This document shows, piece after piece, positions 29,040 to 42,232 of a stretch of DNA of 64,000 nucleotides. Position numbers and translations under genes: made by a program. Below the pieces are notes generated by a model that worked only from the letters and a program-made list of their open reading frames with translations, was not told the origin of the DNA and searched no databases. How positions within the stretch are numbered: the stretch's first letter is position 1; each line of letters starts with the position of its first letter. The stretch spans positions 3,566,741 to 3,630,740 of the forward strand of contig OZ037768.1 in the NCBI GenBank assembly GCA_964035545.1, in the 5' to 3' direction. This stretch comes from Bugula neritina (Eukaryota > Animalia > Bryozoa).

Positions 29040-29830
29040 TGTTATTTACTGATTCGGTGGACGGCGACTTAGTTTTACACCGATGACTAAACCAAAACCA
29101 CTCGCGCGCGTTTAAGGTCAATCGCACGTCTTTACTCTCATGAAAGGCTACTCAGTGCGATGAATAGTCTTATAGTTAAAGGCTATAGTTTCTACTAATC
29201 TCAAAGTGCGTGCAAAAGTTCGTCCGTGATTACTATTGTAGTGCCGACTATCACCCTGGCTAGAAATTCGGGTGCAACTTTTAGTGTTACAGTTACTAAA
29301 ACTGAAAGGACAGTCGAGTCCAAACCCAGAAACTGAAAATTGTAGGTATAAGTTAAGTCCATAATATTAATAATCATATTTATTACAACTATAAGCATAA
29401 GTTTTCTTTTATTCAATGATTCACGCAGCGAATTTATTTTCAAGAAAATTTACTCTGTAATCACTTACCTTTCACTATCAGTATCAGGGTAAAAGAAGTC
29501 ATGGACTGGAAAACCCAAGCTCAACGCGGAGTGCTTTTGCAGCAGTCCTAGCAACCGCTTTGGTAGAGAAATCTGTTAACGTACTGTTGTACAATATTTC
29601 CTCCTTTGAAAGTCCTGCGCTTAGCTATTTCATTTCGCGTGTACAATCTAAACGGGGACTTTTGAGCAAGGCAGCCAGTTACTCAGCGTACTCGTGATAA
29701 CCCATCATTCATCGTTCTCAAGAATGCGTCTAATAAACTCACTGAGGTAACGAGCCAATAAGATTGCGGTGTCTATAGTTACGCCACCTTGTCGCTTCTA
29801 AAGGTCATTGACCCTCAAAAACCCCTAGAC
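29040..29830. promoter_or_regulatory. CpG-enriched putative promoter / first-exon region of the minus-strand orphan gene
   Basis: Local CpG excess (ctcgcgcgcg, aacgcgg, ttcgcgt), CCAAT at ~29755 and a minus-strand AG|GTAAGT donor at ~29470. Confidence 0.4.
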
Positions 29831-32800
29831 GTTAAACTAAGCCAAATGCGTATAAGTCCAACCTACAGCCTACATGCAAACATCTACTACGACCTCTAGC
29901 TAGGTTAAAAATTTTAGAAATAGTATCTATTTACTGCTATTAATGGCGTAGAATGTGATTACATCGTAAATGCTGGCCCAGTATCAATCAAAATAGTTAA
30001 CTTATATTTGGTTTAAGAATCTATAACTTTGTTGGTGCTGATGAAAGAACGCCTAGCCAAACAGTGCACTAAGTTATGGGAGAAACTGTCAGCGATATAA
30101 AAGACCTAAATCATTTACAGTCTTAGACTAGCATGTGTGTCAAGGTGCAGTAGGGTTATTCTAAGAAATATGACATTTAGAAAAATTAATTGCAATTTCT
30201 AACATTAAAACTACCTAGATGAGTTAATTTCAGATTAGCAAAAAGCACTATCGTACAATTATTTTGATTCACTGATTATTTGTAGGCAAATTATTTATAT
30301 TCTACCAGTCTGTCTCTAAAATACTTGAAATGTGATTGGAGAAGTATCACAATCAGCTAGTCTCAGTCATCTTTCAGTTCTGCACAGATTTTGCCATTAG
30401 TTACGATTCTTTAATTTCTCTTCTTAACATGACTTATAACTTTAATGTTTATTTATTTCTCATTTAAACTTTACACTCACTCACTTTGAAGCATTGTGAC
30501 ATTAGGATTGTAGTGCCTTTAAAGTTTAAAGTTTATACATTATATTTACTCTGTGTGGTGCTGCAAGTTTGACACAATTAAGAGTTGTCTGTTCAATGTA
30601 TCAACTACTTTGAGAAACCAACTCTTAAAAATTCTATAAGCATTGTGTTACAAAGGCACAATTTTATAATTATTTGATAGTAAACTGTACATCATAAACT
30701 TTTTTGCACCAATAAACATTTGTTATAAGATAAAACGGCAGCTATCAGTGCTTAATTTGCAAATAATATTTGAAAAAATACTTACACAAGATTTGTGATT
30801 ACAAACTTTTACTCATTTATTTAATATTTCAGTATACACAATTTTACTGCTTTTTACTTATAGTATATAACAAAATTAATGTTGTTTTCTAGATTGTATG
30901 CTGTACTAATAAGGGCAGCAAAACCTGATTACTTTTTTATCTACAATCTGCAATCATCTTCATCTTGTGAATTTAAACAGTTGTTACGAAACGCTACTTC
31001 AACTGCAACAGCCCTGGAAGATGTACTAAATTAATGCACTTAATTCAAATATCAGTTAACTATTATTACAGAAGTTTCACGTATCAAGGGTACCTGGACC
31101 ATTCTCTACAGTGTGAGAAAATTGCCTATAATTATTCTATAAAATTTTAATAAAGAGATTTAATCAACTGAATATGGCTTGGTTATATATATAAGAAAAT
31201 AAAAAGGAGCTTGCATATTTTTGTAAGTATGCATCACGGAAAATTCCTGTGTCCAAGTGCTAACAACAGCAGGCATTGTGAACTAAAACATAGGTATGTG
31301 AAAGCTAATAGTGACTAGTGTTATACGTCTATTGTTTGGTTCAAAAGGAACCCTATTTTCCTTTGTAGTCTTTGTTAGAATGGCTAATGGGAAAGTAGGG
31401 TTTGTGCAGTAATTTGACTTCATAATCAATGATAAACAAGATACCCGTCTGATCGGTAGTTGGAGATCTGTGGAGGAAAAGAGCTGCTGGATACAGGAAA
31501 CTCTTCAGCTACTATACTCTGATGTAGAACTATACTATGCACCAGTTAGTTGTAAGTATGCTGCACATCTTCTCAACAACATTCATTGAAACAGGGCATC
31601 AATCAGGGAGTGTAAGGATATGGTGCCATAATGGATATGCTTTCAGTGTCTATAGCTTTGACTTGTAGCAAACAACCAAGTTGTATGAGAAACTATATAG
31701 TTTTAGAATTATAGCAGTTTTGTCACAAAGGAAGTTTTGAGCCCATTTAAAATAATTTTCAAGTAAAAAGATGTTTGCAGTTGCCCCTGGCTACTTTTGC
31801 TTTTATGTGATCGAACTTGGGACTAATTATTATATTATGTTTTCCATAGAATGTTTGTCAGGCAATGAATAGTAAAATATCACAAGCTGTGCTTCTGCAC
31901 CTACCTTTTGTCTGTAAGCTATTCAGCATTTTGATAAGATTTGTATTCTAGGTGGTTATAGGTTTTATTTTAGCATCATAAACTGTAATATTTAATTTTC
32001 AGCAGTTGGTCTATAAGTATGTACTTGTAGCTATAATTCTAGGGCAAACTTGTCATGTGCTGTATTTTTGCAGCTGTTTGCAGAATAAGTAGCCAATATA
32101 AGAATTGTGCCTAAACTTGGGCATAAAAACTCAAAACTAGAGTTCTATTATAAGCAACAAGCTGCATCTTTGTACTATTTACCACATTCGTTACTTTGGT
32201 TATATAATGTGATACTGTGACTGCGACATTATGGTTTCTAATATTTTTAAGCCAGAGCTATATTCAAAGCCAGTAACATAATATATACTATGATATAATC
32301 AAACTGTAGCCCACCAAAAACACTGCAGGTGCGCCATAAATTATATAATAAATTAGTACGTAACAGCATGCTTGTTTTGTACCAAGTGCAGTAATAGTGC
32401 AGTCTAGGGGCCTTAAGCTGTTATGGCTATATTATTATAGCGATCAGAAATTATTGTTTATGTGTTTACAAGTTGTACATAGTTGTAGTAACTGTATTTG
32501 CTATAATTAACGTACATTATTGCCCTATCTCCCAGAAAGTGCCAAATAAACATCAATACTAATTTAATTCACACTCAAAACAGCAGCTAAAATTAAACAC
32601 ATATTAGATAAAAGTTCACAGTTCTTTTTAAATATATGAAATCGCAACCAAATAATTAAAACCCAGCAAAGTCATGCTGATACATATAAATACTAAAAAT
32701 ATATATCAGTTTTTCTATTGCCTTGCACTATTGTGGCTGATTTTACATGTACAGTTAACAAAGTCTGCAACTCCAAATGTTATGCAAACACAAACTTTTA

Positions 32801-33379
32801 TCCTAGCAACAAAATTTATCTCCCCAGGTACAACTTATAGCACATGAGTTTGTTTTTATATATTCTTCTGTTGGGTATTGGTTCAAATGCCAGATGTTGG
32901 AATTTTCTGAAAAGTTCGAGCCACACAATGGCACCTGTTGTAACTGGCTACTTAGGGTCGCAATAATCAGATTATCTTTAAATTCACTTATTTTAAAGTT
33001 TATATAGTATACTTTTAGTTTATTTTTCAATATCTATGGACCAGTTGTGAATAGAAAATTATACTTCTATTAGTTATATAAATGTTATAATGATAACCTC
33101 TAGAGATAGGGGGTTAGGGTATTAACATAGTTGTAAGTTTGGGCAGTTACCTGGGAATGCCTCTGCTGCTATACAACAACCAGCTGTTTGTTTTTGGGCT
33201 TGTTTGTTTGTTTGGCTCATGTATGCCAACTGTTACTGTTACTTGTTAAACAATTAAAATCAATATTTTTAACTTTGATGGTGCCAGAACAATTACTTGC
33301 TACAACATTCACAATCAGCTTAATGTTATATGATTAACTGTAGAATAATATGTGATATAATATAGTATATTATATCATA

Positions 33380-33545
33380 GGGAGCAGCCGAGTTTAGGAG
33401 TTAGAGCATTGGCTTAGTAAACAAGAGGTTATGGGTTCTATATCTCCAGTAAAAGCCATTGGTAATGTAAGAAGAGCATCCAGTCATAATTGCTCCAGTG
33501 CCACATATGAATAAGTCCTTAGCCTGCTTTAAAAAACCCTTTTGA
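33380..33545 (+). mobile_element. V-domain-like SINE (copy C, 3'-truncated)
   Basis: agtttaggagttagagc...gggttctatatctcc...tggtaatgtaagaagagcatccagtcataattgctccagtgccac...aataagtccttagcc, collinear with copy A. Confidence 0.85.
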
Positions 33546-36500
33546 TGGTATATTATATAATGCAACTGTGATATATTTTTCAAGTTACAGTGGTAGATAA
33601 CTTCTCATTAGAGTAAGGTGGTTTAATTACAGTTTAAAGCAAAAAGTGGCTCCACTCAGAGTTTCAATTAAGTAAGCATAACATAAATTTACAAAAAGTA
33701 ATGTTTGTCGAGAAATTGAGGTGTAAACCCATTGCATGCAAACAGACAATATAACAGCTAGAGACTAGGTTTTTATTATCTGTCATGCAGAGTGTAAACT
33801 TCGTGACAAACAATTTAGAATTATTGTTTAACCATCACTATAGCAGACCCTCTCATAATAGTAAAACTGTTTACATCTTGTATTGTTGTGATTCATCAAT
33901 CAGTGTTTGAATTGCATTGTCATCAAATTGTTTATGCATGGCAACAGTAATATCTAAAGGAGTTGTCCCTCCTTTGGAAAGGAAGCTGTGAAGTGCAGCC
34001 AAAAACCACTTGAGAATGACTTTTATTGCATTATTAATCTCACAGCCATTGCTGATAAAACTTATACCTTTTATGTAATTCAATTTTGTTTAGGAGCGGA
34101 GCAAGCATGTCTAGCCAAAAGTTAAGCTTGGTATATAATTATCATTTAACACACACTGCTTTACAACCCCATGAGAATAAAGCAATTAACTAACCCTGGT
34201 AAACAGCATATATAAACTTCTAACCACAACAATACGAGACCTCCCAAAGTTGGACCTGTAGCTTAATCATACAACAAGAATTGAACGTTTGCATTAGAGC
34301 TTAAGTTATCATAAGAAATTTAAGACGAAGAATCGGAATATAAACAGTGAATCATATCAGTAATGACTAATTAAACTCGAGACAATTGTGACTGAGGAGA
34401 TACTCATTGTTAAACTGATGAGTGTAAGCAGTGAGTTAGACCTTGATTAGATAGAAGTCTGACTGAACTTGGCTGTGTAAACAATAAACAAAAGCTGAGA
34501 GTGGGACTTTCTCCCACACTAAATAGAAGCACGTATTCAAAATTATTCATTGTAACAACAAGCTAACAGCTTCGGGCAAACGGCTATTTAGTAATGCCCT
34601 GAGCATGAAAAGAAATTATTGTGAGAATATAGCCATGTTAGTTAAATCTTAAGCATTGAGAGGTTTAAGTGTCCACTCAGCACTTAGCTGAGGTGGAAAA
34701 TAGAAGACTGTAGTTGGCAGTGTTAGTCCTTAGAGCAAAGTACGCCCACTGTAGCTATGTAGCCTACAGCAGCCAACACCCCAACTGGAATTGTGGTTAA
34801 ATCAGTCTGAATTCGGTGTTCTCGGTAGCTGATCATGCCTCATTTACATTTATAATTATGCTAAATGTTTAGTCTACCTGATAAATTTCTATGAATTAGT
34901 TACATTAATTACTCTAAGTTAAGTATTCAAGCAATGGGTTAATTGGCGCATGGTATTGTTTAAATAAAACGATTCACTTTCAATAATTGATTATTTTACA
35001 GTGAAAAAAGTGCTGAACAAATTATATATGGTAATTGTTATTTACTGCTTTATTTTCAGATAAACAAAGTCAAGAAAAACAAGAGCAATATTAATTGTGG
35101 TTTTGTATCACTTCTGTGCAGCTACCTAGTTTATGGAATAAAAATTAATATTCAATAAGGGGAGAAGCATTACGTCTTTTTAGTCTATTATACCCATAGA
35201 AGCTAACCCTACTAGTTGCCAACATTAACTAAAATATTTTTAGTATAACTAAAAATAAAAAATAGAAATTTTAATGTTTAAACATCACTTGGAATAAGTT
35301 CAGTTGGGAGAAGCAGGAGAAAAATTTTTTTTGAAAAATTATTTCCAAGCAAAAGTAACTTATTGAAAGATTTCACGCTTCTGCTGAATATCCACATCAA
35401 ATATCGGCACAAGCCGTCTCAAGATATTATGTTAGATTGTTGAATTTCATAATTATCTCCAACCTGCAGACTGCATGGTTTTCAAAATCGCCAATAAGAT
35501 TTGAGCATTCTTTTTGAAACTTCTACAATATTTGAATAGCTCTAAGGTTTAAAGTTTCAACTTAACCGTAGGCCTCACACTTGTTACGTCTTACATCATC
35601 TGTCTGTGTGAGTCAACTAGCCGTGACAACCTTTTGAATGATATAACTGACTTCTATTCAGTAGCCACTGAAAGCAATGAGCTCCTATTAAAGAGTTTCG
35701 AATATTCTCTTGGATGTCGCAATATCAATACAATAGAATAAATTGTACTCAGGAGTGAACAGCAAATGAAATTAAGCATGTCCCCTATATATACCTATAG
35801 ATATGCTTGTATCGATACCTGTGTGCATGCAGATATATATATATACAAATGGCAAAATGATTACCTGTTACTGTAGCCAAGATTAAACTAAATATAGTTA
35901 GTAATATAATAGTGCAATATTTTCACTTTTCCCGAATTATTGCTATAATAGGGGGATGATGTAGTAAAAACCTTAGTTGTGCGTCACATATATTATTAAA
36001 TTAACTTTGAGAATAACTCTATATATATATGGTCATTATACAATTATATTTAGAGATTTTTGCAATTCCAGTAGCTTGAATTTTTATAATATAGCTTATA
36101 ATTATATAAATACATCTTGTAGACTGTAGTGTACATCATATGTTACAAAATGGTGCCGTTATGAATTATAGAAAACCACTCGAAGTTTTCTCATCTTGAA
36201 AAAAAACTTATTAGGCTTCAACTCCGTAAAATGTTCATATATGGATTAGCTTAGGCTAGCCAGGCATACACGAGAGTGCGCAATGCGAAATTGATTATCA
36301 CAATGATTACGTTGGCTAACATTCAGCAGACCCTACCACTCTCAGTGCCCAGATCATTTGAAATTCTAACTATTGCGCGGGGTGGTGCTCTAATAGTTGA
36401 CTCCACCCACATTCATTTGCTAACAAATTCTTCAAATCTCCTACTAAGCATCGTGTTTAATTATAAAGTAGAGTACTGTGCATTGGCATTTGATTGTCAC

Positions 36501-36674
36501 AAAACAACTGATGCGTGTGGCGGTTAGTACTGCACTAGCGACTTGGCCTGCAGCTGTGTCCAAGAGTAGCTTTGTATTATTATAATAATAAATTGTCATT
36601 AGTCTGTGTTAAAAATTGAAGGCGAACAGACAAGAGCAAGACTGCTAGAAAAGCGGAGACTAGTTGCATGTAGG

Positions 36675-39600
36675 ATGCGATCTACAATTCTCATGAGTCC
36701 GGGAAACTTTCACGACTTTCAAGGTAAGCTTTGTCGTCCTGGACTTACTAAATTCCATATTTCTAGCTGAGTAAGACTAACAGTGGGTTTTTAAACAGTA
36801 TAGTTTAGCAATCGCAGTGCATGCAATCCACAAGGTGAGTAGCTCGACTTGATTCATTTTTTATTTTATATTAAGATTATGTTATATATGCATATTTAGT
36901 CGAAGAATTTCACATAGAATGTACACCCACATAATATTCCAACTGTAACTGCATTGAAAATTAACACGGTTACTCATTCACTGTCTTATAACCCTAAGAT
37001 TTCTACCTTTTTGAACGAATTTGTTTTTAGTGTAATCACTATCACAAAGTGAAGGCTAGATATTCAAATATTGCAATATAAAAAAAACTTTTCAACTGAA
37101 ATAAGTTTGCCTAAACGAGATATATGAGAAAAGGAGAAAGTAACGTATCTCTTTAACATATACAATATGTATGCCTATCTCCTGGTTTAGCTAATGCAGT
37201 GTACAACTACAATATGGCTGGCTACAGTCAGATGTAATATTAGCAGTCTGGTTGGTGGTCCCTTACAAAAATATTGAGCTATACAAGCATAGCTGAAATA
37301 TTCACACATATGGCTGTGAAAGCTTGCATATTTTACCTTTATTGGCGTGAACGTTTATAAAGCAACAAATATTTTCTTTGGAGGTAATCATTGATTGTTT
37401 TACATGCTTTGCTTGCTTTGTCAACACAAGGCAAGTGCACTTAATATTAAGGTCAGTTGGTTGAACTCTGGTTAAAGCTGATGTTGACTAGTGTAAAGTC
37501 AACTTATATAACTTTAAAGCAGTTTAACTTGATTACTAAAAATCTAAAGCAAAGCCGAATAATCTTAATGCAAATATAGATTTATATTAGCCATTTATGC
37601 CCGTATTTATTTGAACAAGGTTTGTATTTGCTGATAGTGTTGTACTGCCTGTGGGTTTGTAATATAAAGATAGAGCACTTGACAAGTACCTGCACTCCAC
37701 ATGTACACTGTCAGTACTCTAGACACAGACTAGTGAATATACTTTGGTATGGTATTAATTATTACACTAGATGTCTATTTTCTCTAGTATTAACAAAAAT
37801 GGCTACTACTACTCAAACCCCATCACAACAGAGACTCACATTCTATGAGGACTTATATTTGAAGCCACGTAGCAAAAGCCCTGCGACTTTATGCAACAGA
37901 CGGGCTTTTCGAGACGCTGCAGTGAAACTTCCAAATTCAAAGAAGCAATCTTTATCGAGGTGGGTTTTAAACTAAATTGTTTACAAGTTACGTAAGGCAT
38001 GCGATTAACTATCAGGCACCTAACATGCCATTATCTGGAACCTAGAGTTTGAGCTACATCTGGGTTTAACCAAATCTACGGGCTTATTGTATTATGTAAT
38101 GAGATAATTAAACTCTCGTTAGCTTATACAATCATGTATTGTACCAGTATCTACCTGCATTCGGTATGAAATCAAGCCCCTAGAACTTTCTAATAATCAA
38201 TTTATACTTAGATAAACCAGGCAACTATTCTACTAAAAGTAATTAAATTTTCAACTAGATTGTTGCTGTATGAGTCAAAAATCTGAAAACAGGAAAACAA
38301 TTTGTTTATCCTAGGGGCAGAAAAATCTCAGCGATTTGAAAGTTGAAAGTTAGTTTTTTGTATAAAAATGAGACATGACCTTCCAAGTACCAATGACGCA
38401 GTATGTAATACAATACAAAGCCATAAACAAAAATAAGATAGTGCATCAGTTGAAAATGCTGCAAATTGAAACTTTAGAAATCTATTACATCATCACGCTG
38501 GTCACAACAGAGTGCTACAGACTTATAAATAACAGTTGATTTCACTGTTAGTTATGACTGTACTAAGGATAGGCATAACAAAATATGCATTGAAATTTAA
38601 GGATGGCGCATGCATAAGTAGAAGTGAATTGATCTATATTCACACATTTGCAAGTATAATGATTACGGTACAAGGAATAGAGATCGCCATTGATTCAATA
38701 TCGTCTGCATCAGTGATTTTACCATACTTCATCATCATGTATTGGCTAATTTATACATGTCATTCATGTCTTCCCTGTATATCCAATTGCAATAGATTAC
38801 AACACCTAGTCAGTTCAATGGTGCTGTAATACCTAGTAAAATATGCCAACTATTTTAAAATACACCAAATGCCTTAAACTATGAATTTCTCTGGTTTCAC
38901 AGATAACTGTTGCAGTTCACATTTAAGCCAGCCTATTGCTATGAACGTAAGATCTGTATAAAAATATAGTAGTTGGGTGGCAGACTGTTATAATATATAT
39001 CATTTACCATGAGGTTCCGTGGTGTCCTAGCTAAAGCTAATGAGTTGTTTATATTAGCATGATTTAAGAATAATTAGTATAATATTGGTAAATGATGACA
39101 TGTAATGCATGTGCTGGCAGGTGACATATTCATCATAGGCTGCATTGAATAATGAGTTTGTTCAGTTCTATCATTATACTATCATATATGACTAACAACT
39201 ATATGTTGGAGAAGTCCTTTTTCAGACTTGAATGAGGTGTAGAAGATAGTAACGTCTGGCATTACTTTATTGGGAGTTTTCCTATAGTAACATTTCTACA
39301 TCGAGTTCTTAGATACAACCTTCGGTGTACTTCCTGGACTCTATCTCTGAATTTTGCAGCTTTTACATTTGATATGTGCTAAGATTGTTTTAATTAACTT
39401 CTCCGAGTGAAGCAAGTGTTGTGTTACTGTTTGCCCTCAACACTATAAATGTTATGTACTGTAGTCTGTTATATTATAGCCTAATATTATATGTGTGTAT
39501 TTGCCAAGCCTTAGAGTTATTATATCTCTGTTCACAGGCACGGGAGGCAAAGGAGCTGTCCTGAAACATCAGCAAATAATCCACTATTAGACTCTCCGCC

Positions 39601-41958
39601 ATCAGCCAGGTTGCTGACTTTACACCATGAAATAGTGAAGAGGAAGCAGCAGTCAGACGCGAGTAATGACTCAAATAACAATGACCGTAAAGACTATTTA
39701 AAACTATTCGAAACAGCAAAAGTCACAACTTCCAAATGTACAAGCTCACTCAGTAGGCCTCAGCAAATAATATACGAAAATCAGCTTTTTCCTCTGCATT
39801 CATCTCCAGTTGCCTCTAACAGCCAGGAAACTGACCACCTCTACGAGGTCATACCGGCGCAAGAATCAGCTTCACCAAAATTCCAGTATAAAAACTCTAA
39901 ATGCCTTGCAGACGAGAGTAACTACTTGCTCTCGTCAGGTGCTCACCAGTCTTCCGCTAACAAATGTGTTGGTAAAACCTCTCCTGTGACGGAAATTCGG
40001 CATCAAGACACAAACCTGAAAATCATGAGAAAGATGGGTCGTAGTGCTGATAGTATTAGGAACATGCAAGGGAGCAAACTCCGAGAGCAGGTAACATTAT
40101 TGTGTTGTTTGTAACTAAGAAGTACATTTAGGAGCAGTAGTGAAGAAATTAAGATAGCCTAAGTTCTTTAATTTTATTAAATTTTGGTTTAAGGTGCGGA
40201 GCATAACTTATTTTGCTACTTTTCTAATCTAGAACACAGGCTTTTCTCAATTTCTCCATTACTGCACCTACCGCAACAAGTATAGTTTATAGTTCAGGCT
40301 GCTTGAATAATGCCATCAGTTTATGATTCAAGGCTTTGGGTGGCGTAGGTTGACATAAACTTCGGCATGGCATGAATAACAGTTTTATAAACAATGAAAT
40401 GTGTTCTACCTGAGTGATATAAGAAACAGCTAATATGACAATAATAGTAATAATAATGATTGTTAGATTGTATAACTATTGCTATAAAGTATCAGGTTAA
40501 ATACAGTTGATTTGAGACTAACAGGTGCTGCTATAGTGAACTTAGTATGTAAGAAACTGCTGCTTGTCTATTTGTAGTCATCCACACCTCAAACTTGGTC
40601 AAAGAGAAAGCATGCTAACCAATTCGGCAACTCAGCCAGTTGGGATAATATCACAGAACAAGATTTTTATGGGCAATCGAAAGGATTTATGACTCTAGAT
40701 AAGGAAAATAACTGTTTGAATATAAATAAACAGATGAGAGGCCGACATAGTAAAGTTATCCAAAGACCTGCAAGCACCAGTGCCATGTCCCCTAAATCTA
40801 GCAGATATGACGAAGGTGTTAGGTAAGCCACCGCAAGGGGACCATTCTCCGAGTGACCTCAGCTAATGTGCTTTTTGAGGACTTCATTTGAGACATTAAC
40901 AAAAGTTGTGCATAACAAAGCCTTAGGAGGAATTTGTTTTGTCATTATTAATCACTTTTAAACTAGTCATTGAGTTCAGTATAAGAAGCTAAGGTAAACA
41001 TGCATAAATTATGGCCATACGTTGTAATGCTTCAGCTCCATCATCCATGGGCCTGGTGTGGCTATGATACAGCAAATCTGAAAATGGCCACAGGTTGTGT
41101 ATTTGTTGTATAAAACTATATAAAGGTTCCTATGTTTTACAGTGTGAAGAGTGCTAGTAGTAACGCAATATATACCCCTGGAACAATGTCTACAAGTAGA
41201 AGCAGTAGTAGCTCTGTGAACAGTATAGGCAGATCAACGAACTCACGTAACTCAGCCGTGTCGCCGCACAGTTTTGGTGCCAGCTCTCCCTCCACTGTTA
41301 TTCCAACAGGTAGCATCAACAAGGTGAAGATTCAACCCAAACATCAACACAGTGCTTCATTTGCAGGTAGGTTGTGTGAAGGCCTTGTATATATTATATT
41401 ACCATCTAAATAACCTTTATTTACACACATTACTTGCTATAGATCAGTAATAGCATTTCAGCTTTACTAGAATAGGCAATAACTGCTTAGATCCAAGTTT
41501 TAAACATATTGTGGTTTATAAATTATTGCAAATTGTGAAAAATGAACAAATTGATTCAAACTGCTATGCTATAATCACTTAGTGAAACCACACCTCTTTT
41601 TACAGGTGTAAGCAGTCCGTATGAAAATTTAGATGGACTTCACAAGCAAATCTCCCAGAAAACACAAGCAAGTTCGAACTATGTAAATCTACCAGAACGT
41701 AAGAAACCAGATACAGATTTGAACTATGCAGATCTAGACTTTACACTTCAGCAGTGCGATAGACTGAAAAAACAAACTTCGTCAAAAACTCCAGGCCCTT
41801 TTAGACCACCAACTTTGTGCAAGACAACTCCTACTGAGAATGACGATGACAAAGTGGAATACACACTAATAAACATTGTAGCAACTCAGGCTGCTAGACT
41901 AGCCTCTGCCGAGCATCAGAGAGACAGAGAAAGTGGAGCGCATAAGTTGTCTAATTGA
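36675..41958 (+). CDS. disordered phosphotyrosine docking/adaptor protein (Gab/DOS/FRS2/IRS-like tail), ~531 aa
   Basis: Exons 36675-36723, 37788-37959, 39538-40090, 40578-40822, 41143-41366, 41606-41958 sum to 1596 nt in frame. Ser-rich, with motifs IYENQ, LYEVI, PYENL, NYVNL (YxN Grb2-type) and C-terminal LNYADLDF...VEYTLINIVATQA (tandem SHP2-type). Confidence 0.75.
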
Positions 41959-42232
41959 GCACTAAATTGTTATCAATCACACTCCATACTTGTGCTTGTT
42001 TCGTACTTGAAATATTTTATGTAAAAACTTTTAGTTAGTAGTATATATTATATCTGATTTGAAGGGTGCAAATACGATATATTACAAGGAAACTGTTTTT
42101 CTGCATATAAATTTGTAATTGATTCATTTGTAATTTATTTTTGTTAACAAAAATATAATATATTATATGCTTCATTAATAGAATAGCATGAGAAAAGTAT
42201 TCATTACACATTGGTATTAATCCAAAAGTCAT

